DNA of 64,000 nucleotides from the human T2T-CHM13v2.0 reference genome, Homo sapiens (GCF_009914755.1 NC_060932.1), one strand, 5' to 3'. Positions 14,801-30,617 are shown, counted from the stretch's first letter. Notes: generated by a model from the letters alone, not told the origin. Numbers and translations are program-made.

Positions 14801-15843
14801 GGGAGGGAGTGGGAGTCCTCTCTCCTGCACCTCCTCCCCAAGGCCTCCAGTTTGCATCAGAGGTGCTGATCACAGCCCCACCTCACCAGCCTTCACCAGC
14901 AAGCTTTGCCCTGTTACACAGCTGGGCACATTCGGGGGCCATGCAGGCCCTTCAAGGATTTGCCAGTGGAGTGGGAGTTCAGTGCCCCTCACTCCCTCAG
15001 CATGGGGGGATTGATGTTGCAGCCACAGACAGGGGAAAATGAAAGACAAATGTCAGCTTGCACTCACCCATAGCTAGAGGCAAAGTCCCTTCAGAGCACA
15101 GAAGGGTTAAGCCCATGGCTGCCATCCAAAGAGTTGAGACACATTGAGGATGCGGAGGCAGCTAGTCTGTCCTCAGGTGCTATCCAAGCACCCTTGTGGC
15201 TCCTATCTCTTGTGAATGGATGTGTACACAGGGGCATAATATAAACAAGTCACAGGGTCAATCTGTCATTGACTGAGGGTTCACTGTGAAGCCATCCCTC
15301 ATATACTGCACACACCCTGGCTAAGCAAGATCAGTAACCTGAGGAGCTGCAATGCTGTGTGCAGGGGAAACCCCCACACCCTACAGGGTGATGAATTTCA
15401 TATACATGGCCAACTGGGAAAGGCACAGTCTCAAGATCTAGGATCCCCTCCCAACCTTGCTGACCACTCTCTGGTGTTCTCGCCTACCCTGATCGTGATT
15501 TGTCCAGAGCACCTCTGGCGAATGCATATGTCGTGCCTCATGGTCAACAAATAAACAAGTTTCAAAGGGTCCTCATTTGTCTGAAGAGCCTGAAATGAGC
15601 TGCTAGGACAATTCACGAGACAGCTGGAGACCTTCAGAGCACTCAGGGCCAAGGGCGCAAAAGGTGGCCCCTCCATTCCTCTCGTCACCCTATAGGACTG
15701 GGTTGCTAAGGGCCTTTTGGGTAGCTGTTTGGTTGCCTCCCACATCTGCCTCTCACTGTCCCTGGTTTGCCTGCATGGCAAAGGGCCTCTCACCCAAGGT
15801 GTTCAGATGTGTGCACCTTGTAGCTCTATGTTTTGTAATGTTA

Positions 15844-16152
<309 letters not shown>

Positions 16153-17201
16153 TGCTTGTTTGGAAATCTGAAATAGAAAAAAATAAATAAATAAAATAAA
16201 ATTTTAAATAAAATAAAATTTTAAATAAAATAAAAATAAGCTCAAGCATGGGAAAGCATTTTGAACATGGCAACCTGTTCCTCTTACTTTTAATTCTGTA
16301 TTATTTGGACATTTTTTATTTTATACAATGTGAACACATTGCCTTTTTGAAACTACATATTCAAAAATATTATATACACAAATATATGTACAGAGTTATA
16401 TACATGTTTAGGTTTTATTCATCCATTCATTTATTTTATTTTCCTGGCTTTCTGTACAATTTTAAAGTACTGCCCTGCCTTCAAGAAAAGCCAGAGACAA
16501 GCAAATAAAGTTTTTTTGCACTGATCGGGCCAAAATAACTCCAGCTTTAGAAATTTTGATTCATTTCCCTATGTTCTTTCAAGAAGCTCTCTGTGGCTAT
16601 CTACGATCTCATTCTTCTTCATTCCACTCCAAAAGAATGAAGATTCCAACGTATCTCACAGATAAGAACACTGCTGAATTTAGATTCTTGCTTTTATTAC
16701 ATGACCTTGGACAACATGAGTCTCCATCCTGTTTCTTCCTCTCTTTCTAGATGTAGATTTCAATATCTTTATTAAGTTTCAGGTCAGTCATGTCCTTGTT
16801 TCTCCTTCCCTTTGCTACAATAAAAAGTACTTTTCCCTGACAAGTGTCAGAATTAGACCACCAGGTAGGCGTCACATCTATCTCCTCCTCCGAGTCCCTT
16901 TCAGAGTGTGTGTGTCTCCCATACAATGGGAGTAGGATGATCTTTAGGCCTTGTCCTGCGAATAGGTCACATTCTCTGCATTAGACAGAGCTGGTGGCCA
17001 GATAGGAAACCCCCGTGAGACCATCTAGACAGAAAACGTGCAGGCCCCCGATTGCTGTTTCAGCCATGCTCAAGATTTACTTAAAGACAATCCAATGAAG
17101 TGATCAGAAGATCAGGCCAAAGTCAGCGGCTGAACTTGTAAAAATCATTCAGATCAACGCTATTTTTATAGAAACTAAAAAAAAAAATTAAACTCCTCCA
17201 A

Positions 17202-17525
<324 letters not shown>

Positions 17526-17963
17526 TAACACAAAGAGTTGATTAGAGCTTGTTACTTTGCTCAGCCTGACTGTTCCATCCAACCTACTGCTGTACACAAG
17601 GTGTCCTAGCTAGGCCAGGGGACTCTCTGGGGGATTGCCTACAGCTCCCACCAGCATTACCTGTTTGCCATGGCAAACTTTAAGATTGTCAGCAAGTAGG
17701 ATCCAAACCTAGGCCTGCACATCTAGAGTGGCTGACAGGAGCCTCATCACTGAGTGAAGATGGGAAGCTGGAGAATCCAAGAATAATAAGAAAGAGTCTG
17801 GTTCATTAGCCCAGACTCAGATGGAAGAGGAGAAGGAGAACGGCAGCTCCAGGTGCAGCACAGTGGCTATTATGGAAACCGGCCACACTGTGGGAAGAAA
17901 GTGCCAGGTAAACACCCTGAAGAGCTCTTTCACTAGAGGCTGGGACACACCAGGGCCCGGCCA

Positions 17964-18032
17964 ACATTGCTGGAGGGCCCCTCCCACATTGCTGGAGGGC
18001 CCCTCCCACATTGCTGGAGGGCCCCTCCCACA
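17964..18032. repeat. 22-bp minisatellite, 3 perfect copies
   Basis: ACATTGCTGGAGGGCCCCTCCC x3 plus ACA. Confidence 0.95.
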
Positions 18033-18219
18033 GCGAACCCCACTCATGCACTGGGCACAGTGCTCTGGTGGCTCTGTGATGGCTGAGAGCGTCAGCAGGG
18101 ACCCTCAGTCTGGCAATGGAGCTGCCACTCAGGAGATGCTGGGCTGCAAATACCCACGGACCTCCAGCATGGCTGACAACAGCCAGGACAGCAGCTCAGG
18201 GCAGCAGCAAATGAAGTGA

Positions 18220-18295
18220 CCTGCAGGGACCACACCTGCTCACTCCACAGAGCCCAGCCTGCAGGGCCCACACCTGCTCGCTCTACAGAGCCCAG
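18220..18295. repeat. 38-bp tandem duplication
   Basis: CCTGCAGGG(A/C)CCACACCTGCTC(A/G)CTC(C/T)ACAGAGCCCAG x2, 3 mismatches. Confidence 0.92.
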
Positions 18296-21200
18296 GGAAG
18301 GTGGCGTAGGGGGAGGGGTCTCCCCTGCCTCCTCTGAAGAGCATTCTTAGGTGAGGCAGAGGCAAAGCCTCTGGGAGCTGCTGGTAAGCGCAGGCAAGTG
18401 CAGGCTGGCAGGCTAACATGGCCTGCCATCATGGGTACCCCCAGGCTGCAAGGCCAAGGCCGATGCTCCAGTCCAGGGAGAAAGTACAGAGTCAGTGACT
18501 CATTGAGTTCACTCTGCCCTTCTTCCCTCAGGTCAGACACTCACTCTTCCCTACGCCCCACAGATGCACCCCAAGAGTAAGTGGAGGCCAAGCCAGCCCG
18601 ACACTCAGTCCCCTCCGCTTCCGACCTGGTGGCCTGTGCTGCCTGGTTTTCCACAATGGAGTTCCGGGTGAGATTTCCTCTAAAGAAAAATTGTGCTTCG
18701 TGGCACATGAGTGTTTAACAAACACGAACTTCACATATAGATGCACAGAATGTTAAAGCACAATGGGATTTAAGAGGCCATCTAACCAAAGTCTCATTTT
18801 ACCGATCAGAAAACTGGGGCCCAGAGAGAAAATGAAGCCCCCAGCCCCTCAGCCGTCAGCATCTGAGCTGGCACCAGAACCAGGACTCCCGACTTCCTGG
18901 AGCCACTGCTGTCCTCCGCCCCTCGTTCCCCACGCACTATTCCCTTCACACACTCATTTCCGGAAGGGTGATGCCCCAGCCCCTCGGGTTCCAGCCCCAT
19001 GGGCTCAATCAGCCTCCCTCATTTCTTCCACAAATGCAAGCAAGCCACTCCCTACTTCCCTGCCAGAATAAAATGCCAAAAACCAGAGAACTAAGCCCCA
19101 CTCCAGGCTGAAGAAGTGCAGCCCCAGCTTACTATCAGATAAGTCATTTCCTAAAAGAAATGCGGCTGCAGTAAGGCAGGAAAGCCGGGAGCCAGGGACC
19201 CTGAGGCCAGCCCACCTGGCCTCACTTTTCCCAGGACCACAGTCAGATACAACAGCAGGGCTGTGGCCCAGCCCCCCAACCCTTCCAACTCAGGAAATGC
19301 TGAGCCCCCGTGAGTGCCAGGGAGTGCCCCTGCCATGCCTCCTCTGAAGAGCATTCTGGGGTGAGGCAGGGACCTAGGACAGACAGGCGTGCTCAGTTAG
19401 CTCGAGCGGGATAGAGGCTCCACCGGATGGGATGGCCAGGCTCAGGCTAGGGTCGGGGGTGCCCATGATCCCTCCCAGCCGCCTCAGAAGTGGCCACCCT
19501 TTGGTGTTCTCTGCGGAGTTTTGGGGTATGGGTCCCCAGGAACTCTCAGGCTGAGGGCTCCATGGGAGGAACAGGCAACGTTTCCACTCCAACCCAGGGT
19601 CCTCATTCTATGGAACTGGGCGGGGGGAGGGGGTGGGTGGGTAAAGCAGAAGCTCATAGTTGCCAGCCGGCCCAGACCCGATTCCTGGCATCACCCCACT
19701 TCCAAAGAGCGTCGGGAATGGGGGGACAGGGATGGGGACGATGAACCCAAGAGAGAGAAACACTCTGTGTTCCTCCCTGGGCTTGCCTATTCCCGACTTC
19801 GAGTAATCATCCAAAACAAGGAAACCTGCCAGGAGATACATTAAGTCTGTAAGCGAAGAAGGCTCCAGGCAAAGAGCTGTCAGTCACAGGGAAAACCCAA
19901 CACAATACATGGATTCTACTCCTGTTCCGAGGCAGGGGCGGTTCCCGCTCAACCTTCCCACCGCCTCCCCCGCCGCACAAACACAGGGACACAACTGTGA
20001 AGGCAAAAAAGGATTTGTTTTTCAAAGTCACCAGGAAAATCAACACCAAGGGAGGCAGAGGGAGTGTGGGGCCAGTGGCTCCTCCTTGGATAAAGGAAGC
20101 GGGGCGGGGGGAGGGGGTTCAGCCCTGGGCCTGGACTTCATTCCATGTCCATGCTCCTTGCTGCCAACTGCAGGTCCGTTCCCAAAGAGTCACAGCCACT
20201 AGAATGCTCCAGGCCATCTGGCCTTCCTCTCCAAGACACGCAACATGGAACGACTCCAGGATTCTGTCTTTACACACCCTGGCGTCATCCCTTTCTTCAC
20301 TGAAGAGGGGGTCCACACACGAGGTCGGGGGCAGCTAGGAACTCATTTCAAGGGTAGGATTCATACGCTGCTGGTGACCTAAAGAGATGGGGGCCCTAGC
20401 TGGCTCCTCCACCTTCTTCAGAAAGATCATCTTACATCTCCACCAGAAGGAAGGTTCACCCACCAACACAGCCAACTTCTGGAGAGAAGCCAGTGGCCAG
20501 AAAGCACACAGTGAGTGCCCCAAGCGTGGCATCTGAAGGGCTGAAAAAGAGTCCTGTGGGTCATGCCTCTGGCTTCCTGCCCAGTGCAGGCCTCCAGGTA
20601 TCGCAGCTAAGAGGCTGCCAGGTCTCTGAATAACGTCTACAGTGGGATCCTACCACGGAACAAGGCAGCCTGCCCCTCTGCTGAACAAGGTTTCATTTCC
20701 TCAAGCCCAGTTTCTCCGGTGCCACACAGGAGTCTTCCCTTTGCTGGACTGCACAGCCTTGGCCCTCACATCTGTTTTCTTCCTGACACCTGCAGTCCTA
20801 AAAGGTGGACATCCTGAAACACACAGGCTTGTCCACTTGAAGGGGTTATATAGGGAAGAGAATGGCCAGGCCCCAGGAAAGTGGGAAATGCCTGGGAATG
20901 ACAGGCGTGCCAGCTTGTTTTCTCTCACCTCACAGCTCCTCTTACACAAAATCTCTGCCATCGGCCACCATGGCCGAAGCGATGCTGAGCGCTCATTCTA
21001 AATGCTGGCATCGGCTCGGAGGAACGTCATGGAGAGTGGGTAAGAGCACCAGGTCATGTGCCACTGCAGGCTGGTGGCCCCGATGCATCCATCCCACCTG
21101 CACCAGGGCCTGCTGTGGGCTCTGTTCCCTCTTTAGGGGTGAGCCTGGCTCTACATCTCAAGCCTGGATTTTTCAAGCATCCTTTCTGATTTGATGCTTT

Positions 21201-21561
21201 CGATCTCAGGGTCTTCAGCTAATATTTGCTCTCCCTGTGAGTCCACAGAGAAGGTGAGGGAATAGATTCGTGTGTATTATAATAACCTCTGAAGTTCTTT
21301 TTAAGCTTCTCTGAGAAATACATTACCATTACTATCCTGGCTTCAATTTGGTATATCTATAAAATGCATTCACCTGTTACAGTTTAAGGAAAGTGCAGCA
21401 TGTGTCACAAATGCTTTGAGGGAAGGGACCACAAGGGATGCTGACAGCCTCCACATAAACAGGAAGCCCTTCCAGGGATGCCACATGGAGCTGTAAGAGA
21501 GCAACTGGGACTGGCCGCCACAGGGTGAATGACAAGTTAGAGGAGAACTGCACTTTGTATG

Positions 21562-22159
21562 CTGGACATGGCAGCTCATGCCTATAGGCAGGAGGATAAC
21601 TTGAGGCCAGGAGTTCAAGACCAGCCTGGGCCACATAGCGAGACCCCGTTTCTATAAAAAAAAAAAATTTAAATTTGGCCAGGCACAGTGGCTCACACCT
21701 GTAATCTCAGCACTTTGGGAGGCCAAGGCAGGCAGATCACCTGAGGTCAGGAGTTCAAGATCAGCCTGGACAACATGGTGAAACCCTGTCTCTACTAAAA
21801 ATAAAAAAATTAGCCAGTTGTTGTGGGACGTGCCTGTAATCCCAGCTACTCAGGAGGCTGAGGCAGAGAATCACTTGAACCCAGGAGGCAGAGGTTGCAG
21901 TGAGCCAAAATCGTGCCATTGCACTCCAGCCTGGATGACAGAGACTCCATCTCCAAAAAAATAAAATGAAATAAAAATAAAAATAAAAATTAGCTAGGTG
22001 TGATGCTATGCACCTGCAGTCCCTGTACTTGGGAGACTGAGGCAGAAGGATCGCTTGAGCCCAGGAGTTCGAGGCTGCACTGAGCCATGATAGTGCCACC
22101 GCAGTCCAGCCTGGGCAAAGAGACCCTGTCCAAAAAAAAAAAAAAAAAAAAAAAAAAAA
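21562..22159 (+). mobile_element. AluJ with an AluS (21677-21990) inserted in its A-rich linker
   Basis: Left arm, full Alu, right arm plus poly(A). Outer TSD TGCACTTTGTA. Confidence 0.88.
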
Positions 22160-24444
22160 CTGCAATGCACTTTGTAGTTTCCAGGACTCTTCCATACACT
22201 CTCATGTCTACACACCAGCTCTGTGGGGGATGCATGATGGCCATCATTTGGCAAATGAGAAAACTGTGGTTCCAAGCATTGCCCTTGGCCAAAGCCATGC
22301 GACTAGTAAATTGTGGGGCAGGAATGAAAACTCAGTTCTGAGTTTTAGAAAGTAACTGCTTCCAAACTGCTTCCCCATAGCAGGCTCTCTCCTACCCTAT
22401 GCAGCGGAAGGGGCTCCTATGCCATCCATCTCTGGGTTTCTGAGAACAGAAGGGAAGAAGCAGCAGCTCAGAGACACATTCAGGAGAGGGGCTGCAAATG
22501 CGGGGATCAGCCCAAGAAGATGGCGCTGGGGCCAGGATGTCCAGCAGTGCCCAGCCCTGGTCAGAGACCACTGATCCACAGTTTATGCAATGCACTGCCC
22601 TTTGCAGTGGTCCTACGCCCTCCAATGCACCCCCAACTCAACCCTTCAATGAATGCGTCCAACTCAGTTTTCATCTGCTCCACCCTCTCAGGCACATAGC
22701 GACTTCTCTTCCCCATGCACCCAAGGTGAAGGCCAGTGTTCCCAGGGGCCTTGCCTGGGGAGCAGGAGGTGCCAACCAAGATATCACACCTAGAGAGCAA
22801 GTCACAGAGTTTTTGCCACAGACCAAAACCACCTAACTGCAGAGCTGGAGGACACTCACAGATCACCTATGGTGACCCCTTCAACTCGCTTAAGGAAACA
22901 AGCTCAGAGATTTGAACTGACTGGCCAAAGTCACAAACAGTTCAGTAGCAGCGCAGAAATTAGATGCCAGGACTCCAGAATCTGTGTTATTTTTTTCTTA
23001 CTCCATATTTTATCTTCTAACGCAGAAGTCTTTGTTTTTGTTTCTTAACAGGTGGGTAAACTGAGCCACCGAGTGCTTCAGTGACTTGCAGGCGCTGACA
23101 CAGTAGGTGGTAGAACCAGGCGCTGGGCTCACGCCTGTACAGCTCCTAAGGCTACACGTGTTCTTTCCAATGCACTCTTTAAATCCTAGAGATTACAGCA
23201 CCGCCTTTATGTCAATCCCTGCTAACCGCTGGAATCCTCTAAGGAAGTGACTCCTGCCCAGAGAACCAGCAGTTCTAAATGGACTTGCTGCAAACACTGA
23301 AACCTAAACAAAAGAGGTCTATTTGGCACTCAAAGTAATAAACAAAATACCAAGACCATAGGAGTGTTCCCCAAACTTACAAAGATGGCACTCAGTTTGT
23401 ATAATGGCATCAATGCAGAGAAATCCCTCCTGGGCTTCTCAGAAGCTCTTCTGGAGGATAGTGGATTAGCAGCATGCTCTAGACAGTGTCTCTCTCAAGT
23501 GCTGGGGGAGGAAGTGACCCTCGGGCCTCACCAGTGGAGACCAAGTCCCTGGGAAGGCCAGGCCAGCTGGAAAACGCAGCTGCCCAGCACAGCCAGGCTC
23601 ACCAGGCAGATGTGCTATGCACACACAGACAGACGCACAGGAGGGCACATGTACACAGCTCATCACACCACACACTACCCACATCTGTCTACATCCACAC
23701 CTCACAGACTGACCCATACACAGGCAAACACAGACACAAACACACATGTGTGCACAGCAGGTGGTCCCTTGTGTCCCCCAACTACACATAGGCATCGACA
23801 GACACCCATATCTCGCAGATATAAACCCACGTGCACAGAGGCATAAACACACAAACCACACATGCACCTCCCCTTGTCCCTTATTGTCACTGCAGCCTCT
23901 CCTGCCTCCCTCTTTCAGGGAAGCTCCAGACACCTGGGCTAACCCAGCCCTGAAGGCCCTCATAAATGCCATTCCCAGTGCAATGCTTTGGGGCTGGCTC
24001 CGGAGGCACTGCTCCTGCTGCCCCTGGTCAATAACAAAGTCTGGAGAGAAAAGTCAGGACCATTTATGATGGGTCCTAATGACAACTGCTCTTGGTAATG
24101 GCCAGCTCTGCGGTGACCTAAGTATGAGCTGATTACAGGCTCTGGCTCCCGCTCTGCACACGCAGAACACAGGTGTCCCGGGGGCACTGACCGCAGCAGA
24201 TGGCCCCTTCCCTGACGGCCAGGACAGCTGTGCTGACCTCATCAGCCACCTCCCGAGGGCTCCTTCAAGTGGGTGGCCCTGAGCAGGCCCAGACCCAACA
24301 GGCACCACCCTGAGCCCTCTCATAAGGGACGCGGCTCCAGGGCTCCTCTCTCCCTCCCACCCTCACTCAGAGACTCCCTGTCCAAAATGTCTCACCACTG
24401 ATGTCTGCAGTTCTGCCATTAGGACTTCATTATTTGATTAATGA

Positions 24445-24774
<330 letters not shown>

Positions 24775-25821
24775 TTTTTTGAGGTCTTTTTTAAAGATAT
24801 AAGACAGTCATGTTTTAAAATAAGTTCCCAGTGTCTCTGTGTTACCAACAAGGCCAAATCTCCATTCTGTAAGAAAGCAGTCAGGTTGCCGCACAAGCTG
24901 GCTTTTGCCTGTTTTGTCATCATTTCTAGATACTCACCACCACACCCTGATAAGCTAGCTAACCACAAAGAGATTCGCCACTCCCCAGTGCAGCGTCGCA
25001 GCTCCTGGTCTGATCTCCACTGGGATTATCTTCCTAGGCCCACCTTTGCTGCCTGACAAATGCCTACCAGCTCCATGGAGGACAGCACAGGGTCTCTCAT
25101 CTCTGCAGCTCCCCTTGACCATTTCCTTGGAGACCAGCTCCCTTCTGTATGCTCCCGTGGCTCCCAGCTCTTCTCTATCACGGGCATCTCTGCATCCCCT
25201 GACCTCCTCTAGATGGTAAGGCCTGGTAGAGCAGAACCACTTCCCAATCACACCCCATGACCATTTTCTGGACACTCACCAGCGCGGAGCCCAGCACACA
25301 CACCACGCAGTCAGCCTTGACTGGGTCTCTGACACTAACATGAAATTAGGTTAATCCAGGTGTTTCCTTCCCGAGGCAGGAAACACCATGAGGAGCAGCA
25401 CAAAGGCACTGTGATCCAGGGCTGGAGCACGGACAGAGGCACCTTGGAGAAGCCTGTGACAAACCCAAAGCTTCTGCCTCAAACAGGCCCCAGGAGTGGG
25501 GACAGCGAGGTACCCTAGTGTGGCCAGGGGCACCCCAATACAGACACCCTCACCCTCTCCTCCAAAACTCACCAGCTCCTACGTGGCCAGCCCGAGGCTC
25601 ACTGCAGGGCTTCCCACTCATAACGCAACTTCAAAAGCAACACACCCCAGGCAGAATTACACCACTAAAAACTTCCACTCCTGGACTCAGGTGTGCAGGT
25701 AAGAGCTATCTATAGCCAACAGAGTTTTCACCTTCCTTACCCAGGGCTTAACTCGGGTTCAGAGCACTTGGAGGGAGGAGACAGCTGCAGAATTCTTTGC
25801 AGCGAAGATCCCATAGCAGCC

Positions 25822-26178
25822 CTTTTTGGCTTTGTGTCCCCACCCAAATCTCTCTTTGAACTGTAATCCCCAGGTGTTGAGGGAGAGACCTGGTGGGAGG
25901 TGACTGGACCATAGAGGCAGTTTCCCCCATGCTGTTCTCACGAGAGTGAGTTCTCACAAGAGCTGATGGTTTTATAAGGGGATCTTCCCCCTTCACTTCC
26001 TTCACACACTCTCACCTGCCACCATATAAGATGTGCCTGCTTCCCTTTATGCCATGACTGTAAGTTTCCTGAGATCTCCCCAGCCATGTGGACCTGTGAG
26101 TCAATTAAACCTCTTTTCTTTATAAAGTATTCAGTCTTGTGTAGTGTCTTTATAGCAGTGTGAGAACAAACTAATACA
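25822..26178 (+). mobile_element. MSTA/MSTB (ERVL-MaLR) solo LTR
   Basis: tgtgtccccacccaaatctc...tgtgagtcaattaaacctcttttctttataa...ctaataca. Confidence 0.88.
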
Positions 26179-27329
26179 ATTATGGAGACTTCCCTCTTCC
26201 CAGGCCCTGGGAAGAAATGATATCAACACTTCTGTCTACACAGCTAAAATCTCTTTGGATGTTGATTCTAGTCAACAGATGTGGTACAGACTAAGCAGGG
26301 CTCAGTAGAAGCCCAACGATTGTTGAATCATCTCTGCAAGAGTGCACGTCTTCTGCAGGTGGTTAGATTTTCAAAAGAAAACACATGCACAAACACACAT
26401 CATGAGCCTGTTTTTAAATGAATGTGTGTTAAGAGTAAAGACCCTGTAACCAGAGAGGCTGGGTGCCGGCTGGCATTTGGCACTGTGCAGACATCTCAGC
26501 TCTTAGTGCCTCTACATCTCAGAACAAAGGTCGAGACTCCTTCTAGCCAGCCCTGCATCCTGTGAGTGGAAGCAGCGGCTGCGGGTTACGTGGAGGTGAG
26601 AGGCTGCTCTCAAGACTCAAGTCTTGCCTGTGCACTTCTCAGCACCTTCCTTGCCCAGGGCTGACAACAAGTACTTACCTGACTGAACTCCTTCCCCTCG
26701 CAGCTATGCACTCCCTGGGTGTCATATCTGACTCAGGCCCATGGCCACAACCACATGAGGGACCCCTGAAACACATGGGCCATTCATTCCAACTGCTGCA
26801 CCACAAGAACAGGTACAGCCTTGCTGGGACCTCGTCACCCTTTGAGCTGGGTACACAGACAGCTGCGAATTGGAAGGAGCAGCTCCCCCTCCCATGCCTT
26901 GATGCAGCCTTTGAGTCCCCACGCTGTGGGCCAGGGCTAAGCAGAACATAGAATGCGAAGCGAGTTGTTATAACTGACAAATGACAAACCAACATTCTCC
27001 TCTGTATTTATTTACCAGCTTAGGTTTCGTCAATTGAAGAATTACTACTTGTTTTGAGTCTTTACTCCCTTTCCCTGTCCTCATCTCCTGACACCAGGAA
27101 TGCCCTCCTCTACTTTCTCCATTAATCTTCAGCCTGACAGTTAGATCCTCATCTTCTCTAGGAAAGTTCCCTGAATTTCTCCAGGCCCCACCGAAGACCC
27201 CTCCCTCCTTCAGTCCTGAGTGCTAGAACTACGCACAAAGGCATCTGAAGTTACCAAAGAGCAGAGACAAAAAAGCATGGCAAAGGCCTGTCTCGCCCAC
27301 CAGATTCTTGGGGGTTTTGTGGGGGGTTT

Positions 27330-27604
27330 TGTTTTTGTTTTTGTTTCTGTTTTGAGACAAGGTCTTGCCCTGTCTCAGACCCAGGCTGGAGTGCAGTGGC
27401 CTGAACACAGCTCACTGCAGCCTCGACCTCGCGGGCTCAGACGCACATCCCACCAAGTAGCTGGGACCACAATGTGCCACCATATCTGGCTACTTTTTTT
27501 TTTTTTTTTTAGAGACAGGGTCTGGAACTCCTGGGCTCAAGCAATCTTCCTGCCTCAGCCTCCCGAAGCACTGGGATTACAGGCATGAGCCACCATACTT
27601 GGCC
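27330..27604 (-). mobile_element. AluJ-like with internal deletions
   Basis: TSD CCACCAGATTCTT. Confidence 0.85.
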
Positions 27605-28648
27605 ACCAGATTCTTAAATGTGTCGAGGGCAGGAACAGGGTCCTCCATATGGGGCTGAGACCAAAGGAAAAGTGGAAGGCGCCCAGACTGTCTATGAGCC
27701 TGAGAGGTGAGCACAGCGGGCTGGCACAGCCGCCCTATGGAGTACCACAGGAGGGAATGCGCTCTCTAGGCACCAGCTGCTCTCAGGGTTTAAAGTGCTT
27801 ATCCAGGCTCGTTTCTAGCTCTGGTGCCACCGACATATAGTTGGGGATTTCCTTCAGCCATAAGCCATTCCCCAAAGCTGAATGCATCCATTGCGGAAGA
27901 CACCGACGTGGAAAATTTTCAAAGAGCTCACAAAGAGAAGAGAACACATCTGAGGTAGTCCCAAAAGGAAATGTCCTTTGGAGAAAGCTGATGGAAGGGC
28001 TAGAGAAGACAAGAGAGAGAAAATCCCCCTCGTAATCCTGCCTGAATGAGAAAGAACATCATTTAGGGAAGCTGGTTTCTCGTTTTCTCCCCACTGCCAA
28101 AGTACTATTTTGGCATCTCTTTACAACTCACAGACATCCTTTCAGAATTTGTAAATGATGTCCCTTAATTCCTGCCCTACAGAAAATACCTCTGTTATGC
28201 CTCCAAATATCTGCCAAGCCAGTAAGCATCTATTACCTGCACATCAATCCCTAAGCGCTGTCAAATAGCCTCAGCCCTCATGCTTACAGCCCCCCAAACC
28301 TAACAGACCAACACCTTTTACATTCAAGACTCAAATATGTATATGGAAGCTCTGCACATGCACCGAGATCCCAACCCCAAAAGCCCACACAGACACAAAT
28401 GTCACCTTCTCTCAGGAGTCCCCAGTTCCTGCTCCTGCCGCTTTGAGGAGTTGGGATGAGAAGGACCCAGCGTGCAGCATGAGTTATGGGAGCTACCCAC
28501 AATCATCTTTAAACTCAGCCCTGCAGGAAGAACCCCAAGGCTAGTGTGATATGGAAACTCCAGCATCTGGAGCTGGCTGGGACTGTAAGAACAAGCAGTT
28601 TATAATCCAGCAGTCTCCCTGAAAAAACCACTATCAACAATCACTACA

Positions 28649-29113
<465 letters not shown>

Positions 29114-30617
29114 TCACTACAGTACCTTCCCTGGAAAGACCTGGAAGGCTGTATTTCATCTCGTCCCCATCATCACCATTCATGTGTCCATCCACCCTCT
29201 CACTTAAATATGCGCTGCAGCACTCACAGAACTCAACTTACCTAATTCCCAAATGGGTCTCTCACAGCCACCCACTAGCAAAGCCAGAGACACTGGGGGA
29301 GTATCTGCAGCATTTTTTTTTTTTTGCCACTGTCATTAACACTCAGCAGAATCCAGAAGATGACTTCACCCCCTGCCACCATGCCCTGGCCCCAGCTCCC
29401 AGATCAGTCAATACGTCCAGCCCCCTGCCAATGTGGATCAACAAATGTCTATTTTCAAAGAAACCTAAGCTGGCTGCTTCTGGTTCACTTTCCTCATAAC
29501 TCATCACCAACTATTTGTGGGATGCGGAGGGCAACCATCCTGAGCCTGCCCCCTTTGAATTAGGAAGTCCCCAGGTGCCAGCAGTAAGAGGCACTCAAAC
29601 CCAGGGAGGCTCACGCTACAGGGGTGGCTCTTGCACACACTGACTATGGGGCAAGTCCCTCTTCTTGGTCACCCAGCCAGACAGACTGCAGTGCCAGGTC
29701 CTCTGGGCACAGTGGGAGTGACAGCACTAGTGGCAGGCCAGACCCCATACACAGCAAAGCTGTAGTTCAAATATGTATTATATGTGTCTGGCTTTCACAC
29801 GGAGTTTGCAACCTGCCAGTTAGTAGTGTTTACCTTGGTAAAAATTCACGGGAAATCTTAGTCTGAACAGGCCCAGAGTTTATTTTACTGCCAGATAAAC
29901 AACTTTCTTTGATAAATCATCCGTGTGACAGTGTTCCTGAAAGACTAAACAAAGATTTCAAGCACAATCTATAGGCCTTTGAGAAGCCTTCCAAAGCGAA
30001 GGCATGTTTAATTGGCTGCCCTAAGGTCGGGGCAGGGCAATGATCTGACATTTCTTTGGCCATTTGTTCTTCTGGAAAAAAAAAAAAAAAACAGATTGGG
30101 GCTTCCAGCACATTTCTGCAAAACTGGATGAAACTTACCAATATTTAAAAGCTCATTCGCATTATAATGCATAGCCTATTTTTTGGTTAAAGGAAGTGAA
30201 TATCACAAGGCAGGTGTTGGGGTTGGGGTAGGGGAAGGGAAAAGTGCCCCAGAGATATCGCTGGAGAAAAATGGAGAACAAAGTGAAGTAAAACAGCACA
30301 AAGGGGCTCTGAAGTCCCTCAAACATAGGCCCTGCTAAATTAAAAGGAGAACGCGTTAGGTAGAGTGTTTCTAAAAAACACACAAATGAAAACTTCAGTG
30401 GTCCTATCCTGGAACACCAGGCAGTCACAGCTCCCGCATTCAGCCCTCATCACTGTCTGGAGGCTTCCAGGTTTACGTTGACATAAGGATGTCATCTCAC
30501 TAAAACCCAGATCTCCTAACTTCTAGTTAGGGTTTGGCTTTCCGAGGGGGAGTTGTTTGTTATTGTTATTGTGAATTACAGCACCTTGAAGCTGCATAAA
30601 GCAGTTCTCTTTGTGGG

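Noticed and set aside
17964-18032. Palindromic direct repeats as a CRISPR-like array
   Set aside because: Units are contiguous with no spacers; human DNA with no cas genes.
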